Source of the DNA: a virus
Taxonomy: Duplodnaviria; Heunggongvirae; Uroviricota; Caudoviricetes
Virus record (IMG/VR): IMGVR_UViG_3300035661_000015
Span: 1-64,000 of that record
DNA length: 64,000 nucleotides
Strand: one strand, 5' to 3'
The translations under genes and the position numbers were made by a program. The notes beneath the pieces are model-generated. The model was not told the origin of the DNA, did not search any database, and was given only the letters and a program-made list of their open reading frames with translations. Positions 57,241 through 64,000 of this stretch are shown piece by piece. How positions within the stretch are numbered: position 1 is the stretch's first letter; each line of letters begins with the position of its first letter.

Positions 57241-57782
57241 TTACTATTGAATATATAAATGGCGATCTTTTTAATGATGATAATGATGTAATCGCACATG
57301 GTTGTAACTGTTCGGGCGGATTTGGTTCGGGTGTTGCGGGTATTATCTCTAGAGAATTCCCAGAGGCGAGAGCTAATTATATTAAAAAACATATGGTGGG
57401 TGAATTAAGTCTAGGTCAAATTTTCTTTGTAGAGACCGATAGTGTTCATCCTGAATATATTGTTAATATGATGACTCAGCAAAATTATGGCGGGGACAAA
57501 ACTGTCGTTTATGTTAGCTATGAAGCTATTCGTGAATGCTTTAGGGGCCTATTTAAAAGTATTGATTTCTTTTTTTCTCACCGCTATGAGACCGCGTACA
57601 GTGAACCTGACGGAGAATATATGTATGCGACTAGCAAACCTATTACTATTGCTATTCCTAAAATTGGTTCGGGCCTAGCTAATGGTGACTGGGTAGAGAT
57701 TCATGAAATTATAAAAGAGGTAGTAGAAGAGTTATCTGATTTCTGTTCTTTGAACATGGTCTTGAAAATTTACTCACTATAA
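57237..57782 (+). CDS. Macro-domain protein (ADP-ribose binding/processing)
   Basis: DVIAHGCNCSGGFGSGVAGII. Confidence 0.7.
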   Translation: MITIEYINGDLFNDDNDVIAHGCNCSGGFGSGVAGIISREFPEARANYIKKHMVGELSLGQIFFVETDSVHPEYIVNMMTQQNYGGDKTVVYVSYEAIRECFRGLFKSIDFFFSHRYETAYSEPDGEYMYATSKPITIAIPKIGSGLANGDWVEIHEIIKEVVEELSDFCSLNMVLKIYSL

Positions 57783-57808
57783 GCGGAGAAAGTAAATGTA
57801 TGGGGCGA
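57780..57808 (+). repeat. Dispersed motif, forward copy supplying SD+ATG of phoH
   Basis: TAAGCGGAGAAAGTAAATGTATGGGGCG. Confidence 0.8.
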
Positions 57809-58627
57809 AGTAACAGACGGGGGTCTAAAAACCCACAACGTAAAGAGCGTTACGAAGAACAACAAAATAAAAATAATGGCGGGGTATCTAATATGCGTGG
57901 AAAGCCAAGGCACTTATCACAACCAACCGAGTCGCGGCCCATTGAAATTAAAAAGGTGCCGCGTTTTACCAGCATTGATGGGGCGACCGAAAACCAGAAG
58001 AAGGTGATTAGGGCGATTCACACTAATGATATTATTTTTATTGAGGGTCCAGCCGGAACAGGTAAAACCACATTAGCTATTGGGGTTTCGGTTGAAAGAC
58101 TCGCAAAAGGTTTGACACAGCGTATTATTTTATGTAGACCGGCCCTTGAAGCTAATGGCGAACGTATTGGTTTCGAGCCTGGAACGGGTACTGATAAGCT
58201 AGGCCCCTATACAACGCCCTTCTTTCAAGCTTTAAATAAATTTGTCGATGGTGAAACATTGACAACGTGGCAGAAAGAGGGTAAGATTAGTATTGTTCCG
58301 TTCTCGTATATGCGTGGACAGAATCTTGATGGCGATATTATTTTGGACGAAGGTCAAAATTGTAAGTTTGAACAATTATATTTATTTTTGACTCGTATGT
58401 GTAAAGATAGTAAGGTTATGATTACTTATGACTTGCTTCAGTCCGACCTTCCCTATTATGAAGATATTACGGTTGGGGAAGTTTGTAGAGAACTATCTAA
58501 GGAAGATGGGATTGTTCACTGTCAGTTAGATGATACGGATAATCAGCGTCACCCCCAGGTGAGAAAAATTATTAAAGCATTTGGACGACTAAGAGAAAGA
58601 CGCAAAAATGATTCTAAGAGACTATAA
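57800..58627 (+). CDS. phoH: PhoH-family ATPase
   Basis: GPAGTGKTTLAI ... ILDEGQN. Confidence 0.8.
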   Translation: MGRSNRRGSKNPQRKERYEEQQNKNNGGVSNMRGKPRHLSQPTESRPIEIKKVPRFTSIDGATENQKKVIRAIHTNDIIFIEGPAGTGKTTLAIGVSVERLAKGLTQRIILCRPALEANGERIGFEPGTGTDKLGPYTTPFFQALNKFVDGETLTTWQKEGKISIVPFSYMRGQNLDGDIILDEGQNCKFEQLYLFLTRMCKDSKVMITYDLLQSDLPYYEDITVGEVCRELSKEDGIVHCQLDDTDNQRHPQVRKIIKAFGRLRERRKNDSKRL

Positions 58628-59033
58628 ATGCGGAGTTTGTGAAGAATTTTTTGAGATTGCTTCAAATAGTGTTAAGGATAACATCCCTGTAACCTGTCCA
58701 GGTTGCGGGGAAGATTCTTTGGGCGTTGTTTATTTGTCAGCACCACTGATTATTTTCAAAGATGATCCAAAAACAATTGGATCTATGTCAGATCGTAATA
58801 TTCAAAAGATGGGCACATACGAATATCAGTCCAAAGTTATGGAACAAAAAGAAAAACGTGCTGCCGCCATTCAGGCCCGAAAAGAACGTGGCTTAAAAGA
58901 TGTTGCCGGTAAGGCCACCCTTGATACTGGCCCCAAGAAAAATCCTATTTGGCGTGATTCGGCCCCCGACCTAAGTTTAGCTACACTATCGACGGAAAAA
59001 CAAACTAAGTACATAATGACGGGAGAGAAGTAA
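58608..59033 (+). CDS. Zn-ribbon-containing hypothetical protein
   Basis: CGVCEE...CPGCG. Confidence 0.4.
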   Translation: MILRDYKCGVCEEFFEIASNSVKDNIPVTCPGCGEDSLGVVYLSAPLIIFKDDPKTIGSMSDRNIQKMGTYEYQSKVMEQKEKRAAAIQARKERGLKDVAGKATLDTGPKKNPIWRDSAPDLSLATLSTEKQTKYIMTGEK

Positions 59034-59034
59034 T

Positions 59035-59394
59035 ATGATTAGCGGAGAATTAAAGGGGCGTGTCGTAAACACAATTAAAATTGGCGATGACGACCGTATT
59101 AAAACCACCTGTATTAAGTGTTCGGCCCCCTTGTTAGAATTTATTAAAAGTCACGTCTCTAAAGATGATAAAAATAACACCGATTGGCAGGTTCGGGCCG
59201 ACTGCCCCCATTGTGGGGGTAAATCCATTATTCATAAACTTCATTGTGCAAAATTTTCACTTGGCCCGGTCCTTGAAAATGGAGAAGAAACGCCCTATAC
59301 TTTGATGGATCAGCAATATGTTGATACTGATAGAAATGGAAATGTTGTTTTTGCTTTTCAAACCACTGTTGGAAAGAAATGGGGTGTCTCTTGA
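59035..59394 (+). CDS. Hypothetical Zn-ribbon protein (start inside the forward motif)
   Basis: CIKC...CPHCGG. Confidence 0.4.
   Translation: MISGELKGRVVNTIKIGDDDRIKTTCIKCSAPLLEFIKSHVSKDDKNNTDWQVRADCPHCGGKSIIHKLHCAKFSLGPVLENGEETPYTLMDQQYVDTDRNGNVVFAFQTTVGKKWGVS
59039..59060 (+). repeat. Dispersed motif, forward copy (ORF start inside it)
   Basis: TTAGCGGAGAATTAAAGGGGCG. Confidence 0.75.
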
Positions 59395-59828
59395 ATAAGA
59401 AGAATGATTTTAGTGTTGATCATCGCAACGACAGTACTATTAAAATGGTGTCGGGCGGAAATATTAAATTTGTCTCACAAACAGAGCGGTCAATCCCCCC
59501 TATTACTTCTTCCGCTTATCTTGACGTAAAGTCAAAGCCTACAAAGGATAGTAACGTAGCATATGCCAAAACCGATATTTTTCAGAGCGGTGCCACTGTT
59601 TATTATGTGCGTAAATATGCCGATGGTCCACATACTGGTCTTTTGGTTGACCCAATTAATAATGGGATAATTTTAAATATGGACGCCCCTACTAACTCGA
59701 ATAATGGTCCAGCTTATCCTTTCGTATCCGTCTCACAGGAATGTTTTAATAACTACATTGTCTACCTTGTAAAGAAAAACCCCAATTATTACTTACAAGC
59801 AAATCGACTAATTCAGAAAGGTGTTTAA
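59379..59828 (+). CDS. Hypothetical protein
   Basis: ORF track. Confidence 0.4.
   Translation: MGCLLNKKNDFSVDHRNDSTIKMVSGGNIKFVSQTERSIPPITSSAYLDVKSKPTKDSNVAYAKTDIFQSGATVYYVRKYADGPHTGLLVDPINNGIILNMDAPTNSNNGPAYPFVSVSQECFNNYIVYLVKKNPNYYLQANRLIQKGV
59495..59518 (-). repeat. Dispersed motif, degenerate reverse copy
   Basis: CCCCCCTATTACTTCTTCCGCTTA. Confidence 0.5.
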
Positions 59829-59830
59829 TT

Positions 59831-60190
59831 ATGGCTAAGAAAGACCCTTTAACCCCTGTAACAAAGTTTTTTATTGAAAATAATAGAGATAAAAGTGTAG
59901 GTGAACTATCTACACTAACAGGAGTGGGTGAGACAGAGGTTAACCGAATTTTGAAAGAAAGTGAACCGGCTATGCCGGAAGTTGTTAATATACCTAAGAA
60001 CTTAATTAAAAAGAAACAAACTCAGTTTGAGGTTAACCTAGCTAAAGATCGTAGTGGTCAACGTGGATATATTGCTATGACACCAGCGGCGGCTGAATAT
60101 GGGGACGAAGTAGTTAAGAAGAGATCTAAGTCAAAAGATATTAGTGGTCACGTGGTAAAGATTACAGATTTAGTGAAAGGTGATCAATGA
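59831..60190 (+). CDS. Hypothetical protein
   Basis: ORF track. Confidence 0.4.
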   Translation: MAKKDPLTPVTKFFIENNRDKSVGELSTLTGVGETEVNRILKESEPAMPEVVNIPKNLIKKKQTQFEVNLAKDRSGQRGYIAMTPAAAEYGDEVVKKRSKSKDISGHVVKITDLVKGDQ

Positions 60191-60437
60191 TTTTATTTAA
60201 CCCTAAAAGTGGGGATGTAAAATTCTTTAATGGTTTTGATCCATCTGGCTATATTTTATTTGGCGAGAATAATGGGCGTATAAACACTAATTATAAAACC
60301 ATTGAAGTTATAAAAGAATCTTTAAGAATTCATTCTTCCCCATATGTGGTTCTTGGTACACTTAAAGATATTGCTAAATTTTATCATAATAACTTTGGTA
60401 AACCGAATACAGATCTCAATCTAGACAGAGATTTTTA

Positions 60438-60905
60438 ATGAGTGAAAAAAGAAGTGCTAAGTCATGCTATCAATCAAATTTTGGGGGCGGTTTTATCACT
60501 GGCCCCCAACTTGTTGCTGAGAAGGTTTTTGCCCTTAGGGCTTTCGCTGAGAAAAAACAATTAAAAGATCGATTTTGGCAAGATGACTTATATAAAAAGG
60601 ATTTTATTTTTCAGTGTAAGTTGGCAAATGATCTATTAAGTGGAAAAGGTAAAGGGGGCGGTCCCTATGAAATTTCCACAATTCTCAACGTACTTAATGG
60701 CGAATCCGTCAAATTCAAAAAGATTAAAAGTCTTGGGGCGTTATATGCACTAGGGCCACTACTAAGGGCCGAACAAGCACGCCAAGATAAAGAGGCGGCG
60801 ACACTTGAGGTCGCTACCCCCATTATTGAACCCGAAATTATATTGGAGACTCGGCCCCAAATAAATAAGAAAATATCACTTTTAGATAAATTAAAGGGAC
60901 TGTAA
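60438..60905 (+). CDS. Hypothetical protein
   Basis: ORF track. Confidence 0.4.
   Translation: MSEKRSAKSCYQSNFGGGFITGPQLVAEKVFALRAFAEKKQLKDRFWQDDLYKKDFIFQCKLANDLLSGKGKGGGPYEISTILNVLNGESVKFKKIKSLGALYALGPLLRAEQARQDKEAATLEVATPIIEPEIILETRPQINKKISLLDKLKGL
60636..60661 (+). repeat. Dispersed motif, degenerate forward copy
   Basis: TTAAGTGGAAAAGGTAAAGGGGGCGG. Confidence 0.45.
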
Positions 60906-61975
60906 TGGCTAGACCTAAAAAAGCAGATAAGGTCGAGGAAGTCGTAGAAAACAAAATTAAGAAATCATGTTTTGATTTAGTGAGAGCACAGGTTGAAAAA
61001 AGTTTTGGTAAGAATATTTTAAAAAGTGGCGACGCTGTATTGGATGAAAAAACTATTATTATTCCACTCTCACCCGCCCTCGATATCGGATTAGGTGGCG
61101 GAATCCCGGAAGGTACTTGGGGAATTTTTACAGGCCCTCCAAAACTCGGCAAGACGACCACCATGTTGTCTTTCGCGGCTAACGCCCAAAAACCTGAATT
61201 TGGTGGTAGAAATGTATACTACTTCAAAGTTGAAGGTCGTCTATCTAAAAAGAATTTAGAAATTGCTGGCCTCGATATGTCTAAGCTACAAATTATTGAA
61301 AGTACGGAAGAAAAGATTTTAACAGCCGAAGATATTTTGCAGATTGCGGAAATTGCAATCATGACAGATCCCGGTTGTGTTATTATCATTGATAGCTATA
61401 GCTCTCTATGCACAAACTCCGAAATGTCGAATGAAATCAAATCAAATTCAAGGTCAGACGCCCCTAAGCTTTTATATAATTTTACACGAAAAATGGGACA
61501 GGTTGTTCCACTTAAAAAATGTATTGTTATTGGCGTAATGAAAATTATTGCGAATACTTCGGGGTACGGTGCTTCGGAAATGGAGCAAGGGGGAGGGGCA
61601 CTTAAGTTTCAAGAAGATTGGAAAATTCGTTGTATTAGAAAAGAACTTTGTCATCTTAATGACGATAAAACCCAAACCGCTACAGGGCAGATTGTTACTT
61701 GGAGAATTCTAAATTCAGTACTTGGAGCACCTGGGGCTGAAGTAACTTCTCATATTAAATATGGGATTGGCGTAGATAGTGTGAGAGAAATTTGCGATAT
61801 TGCAATTGATATGAATATCATAGTTAAGGGCGGATCGTGGTTTAATATTTTGCCGGAAGAGAATGAAGATAAATTAAAATTTCAGGGAATGGCTGACCTT
61901 ATGGAATATATCGAATCTAATCCAGATGTTTTTGAACAAATTAATACTAGGGTAAGGAATATGTTATATGCCTAA
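60905..61975 (+). CDS. RecA-family recombinase (UvsX/RecA-like)
   Basis: Walker A GPPKLGKTT in RecA-like context; overall layout. Confidence 0.7.
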   Translation: MARPKKADKVEEVVENKIKKSCFDLVRAQVEKSFGKNILKSGDAVLDEKTIIIPLSPALDIGLGGGIPEGTWGIFTGPPKLGKTTTMLSFAANAQKPEFGGRNVYYFKVEGRLSKKNLEIAGLDMSKLQIIESTEEKILTAEDILQIAEIAIMTDPGCVIIIDSYSSLCTNSEMSNEIKSNSRSDAPKLLYNFTRKMGQVVPLKKCIVIGVMKIIANTSGYGASEMEQGGGALKFQEDWKIRCIRKELCHLNDDKTQTATGQIVTWRILNSVLGAPGAEVTSHIKYGIGVDSVREICDIAIDMNIIVKGGSWFNILPEENEDKLKFQGMADLMEYIESNPDVFEQINTRVRNMLYA

Positions 61976-62268
61976 ACAACTTGGTGACCTACTTTTAGTA
62001 TATGAAACCGATTATCGAGAGGTTGATGATTTTATCTCAGATTATTTTGGTAAAAATTACGAGATGCAAGATTTTGGTGAATATTCTAATGGTGACAACG
62101 AATTGTTTAACTTAAAGAAAGGTGATGACTACGATTGTACCAAAAATGTTATGGATTGGTTATTAGGAAATAGAAAATCGGTTTGGTTACGAGATATTAT
62201 GCAATATCTTGTTAATCATGATGTTATTTTGTCCGGCAATTACATTATTAATATAAGTTGGTAAATAT

Positions 62269-62982
62269 ATGCACTATCTCGGCGGTAAATCGCAAATAGC
62301 TAAAGAACTTTGTTCTTATATAAAAACACGATTAGTACCAGGACAACCTTATAATGAACCATTTGTTGGAGCTTGCTGGACAATGCAAGAAATTTCTGGC
62401 CCCAACGAAAGGGTTTGTAATGGTAGCGATATTCATGGTGACCTCATAGCTCTACTAAAAGCACTTCAGGATGGATGGATTCCGCCAGATATTGTTAGTG
62501 AACAAGAGTACCGTAACGTCATGCTTAATTATAGAAAAAATAAGAATGATTATTCGGCGATACGTGGTTTTATGGGGTTCGGATGTTCTTTTGCGGGAAG
62601 ATTTTTTGAGGGGTATGCTAGATGTAAGAATAGTAGAAACTATGCACTTTCCGCTAAAAGATCTTTGTTGAAAAAATTACCGAATATACAAAATGTAAAT
62701 TTCTCTCAAAAAGATTATAAAGAATATATTCATAATACTGGTGATTTATTTTATTGTGATCCGCCATACGAAGGAACAAAAAACTTTAGTCATAAATTCA
62801 ATCATAAAGATTTTTGGGATTGGGTTAGAGTGATGTCAAAAAATAATACGGTCTTAGTTTCCGAATATAATGCTCCCGAAGATTTTAAAATTGTTTGGCA
62901 AAAAGAAGTAAAGACAAAGATGGCAGATATAAATAATAATAAAATACAAAGAGTTGAAAAACTTTGGGAATTAATTAAATGA
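62269..62982 (+). CDS. dam: DNA adenine methyltransferase (Dam-like; DPPY)
   Basis: N-terminal YLGGKSQIA and DPPY motifs. Confidence 0.75.
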   Translation: MHYLGGKSQIAKELCSYIKTRLVPGQPYNEPFVGACWTMQEISGPNERVCNGSDIHGDLIALLKALQDGWIPPDIVSEQEYRNVMLNYRKNKNDYSAIRGFMGFGCSFAGRFFEGYARCKNSRNYALSAKRSLLKKLPNIQNVNFSQKDYKEYIHNTGDLFYCDPPYEGTKNFSHKFNHKDFWDWVRVMSKNNTVLVSEYNAPEDFKIVWQKEVKTKMADINNNKIQRVEKLWELIK

Positions 62983-63511
62983 AATGCAAGTGGTTATTAG
63001 AAGAAGATATTTTGATGAAAATTTAACGCTTCTTAGTGAAGAAATTACTAGACAGGGTATGGAATTTAGAATTGTTTCCAAGAAGGATAGGGACGATGGG
63101 GGATGAGTATAAAGTTATGGAAATTAATTCTGTAACATGTAGCGGCCTTTATAAGTGCGACTTAGAAGCGTATGTAAAAGAAATGTCACGTATTTCACTT
63201 AACAAATGGGATAAATACAAAAATGTGCTCTATGATGAATGAAATTTTAAATAAAACCATCCAAGCTTTTCATATAGAAGATTGTGGTTTTTGTATCATT
63301 GTTGATAATAAATTATATACTTTTCTTATGGATATGGTATGCTCAACACTTAGTTACGAAATAATAGTGCCGCTGAAAGAAAAAATCGTTGGAGAAAAAA
63401 TTATCAGTTGGAAAATTACAAATATGAATAGGGGGACTGATTATAAATACCTTAGTTTTATTTTTGAAAATCGTTGCGAGGGTCTAATTCTTTTTAGAAG
63501 AGAGATAAAAG

Positions 63512-63916
63512 GTGAATTTTCTGGATCTTTTGAACAAGCCCCATAAATGGAATTTGTCCGGCCATATTCCTGCCCTTGATGATGAACGTCCCCGGTCGTC
63601 TTTACATATTCAATGCAAGTCCATCTTGAAAGAAATCTTCCCCTGTGTTACAATACTAGAAGAAGTTCCATTGCCAAGTACACGCCTATTTTTTGATTTC
63701 TATATTCCGATTTATAAAATGGCGATTGAAGTACATGGTGAACAACACTACGGGTTCAACAAATTCTTTCATAAGACCGCCGGTGATTTTAAAGTTGGAT
63801 TAAAAAGAGATAAGTTAAAAGCTGAATTATGTGGGATCAACTCTATTCAACTGGTCGAACTTCCATATAATAAAATCAAAGACTGGCAAAGTATAATTAT
63901 GGGGGCCTTGCTATGA
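63512..63916 (+). CDS. PD-(D/E)xK-type endonuclease-like protein (DFYIP...AIEVHGEQH; Vsr/DUF559-like)
   Basis: Motif resemblance. Confidence 0.45.
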   Translation: MNFLDLLNKPHKWNLSGHIPALDDERPRSSLHIQCKSILKEIFPCVTILEEVPLPSTRLFFDFYIPIYKMAIEVHGEQHYGFNKFFHKTAGDFKVGLKRDKLKAELCGINSIQLVELPYNKIKDWQSIIMGALL

Positions 63917-64000
63917 GCGAAGAGAATGAGGGTTTAGCACGCCTAGAACGTATTGAAAGGGACTTGGAAACCTACGGGCAAAAAATCGGTTTAAAAATCC
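63913..64000 (+). CDS. 5' fragment of a downstream ORF
   Basis: ATG at 63913 with an open frame to the window end. Confidence 0.3.
   Translation, partial: MSEENEGLARLERIERDLETYGQKIGLKI

Overview
This window is an AT-rich double-stranded DNA bacteriophage segment, probably from a large virulent phage. Genes are densely packed, each has a GGAG-type ribosome-binding site, and stop and start codons are commonly coupled; from about 21 kb onward almost every gene is on the plus strand. The recognisable content falls into these groups: (1) Positions 1-2802 carry a tandem array of at least four and a half paralogous genes, each with an internal GC-rich hypervariable (Ala-Ala-X)n tripeptide repeat. 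(2) Virion and tail-fibre-like genes on the minus strand, including an 821-residue parallel beta-helix tailspike-like protein. (3) An RNA-repair and nucleotide-metabolism set: RtcB RNA ligase, two metallophosphoesterases, thymidylate-synthase-family enzyme, DHFR, dCMP deaminase, class I ribonucleotide reductase NrdA and NrdB each interrupted by an intein, HNH endonucleases, Nudix, HAD, PhoH, a RecA/UvsX-like recombinase and a Dam methylase. (4) A NAD+ salvage/reconstitution module (CinA-NMNAT, NAMPT, Macro domain) and an HD-domain small alarmone hydrolase, both likely counter-defence functions. (5) An Rsr/Ro60 (TROVE plus vWA) orthologue directly downstream of an array of mostly non-canonical tRNA-like genes, each followed by a conserved 3' trailer, plus a candidate Y-RNA-like hairpin with a GUCCGA bulged-C helix. 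(6) Two further tRNA clusters, 44.46-44.92 kb canonical and 33.17-33.37 kb atypical. (7) The most unusual feature is a dispersed family of more than 35 copies of a roughly 25-bp motif, TAAGCGGAGAAAGT-n-TAGGGGGCG (Shine-Dalgarno + spacer + often ATG + a GC box). It occurs in both orientations, mostly as alternating inverted (forward then reverse) pairs. The pairs bracket whole ORFs or cassettes, form terminator hairpins when adjacent, and are embedded in-frame inside coding sequences in different reading frames. This behaves like a mobile or regulatory inverted-repeat element system rather than a protein motif. All calls are from reading the sequence and motifs by eye; no database search was possible.
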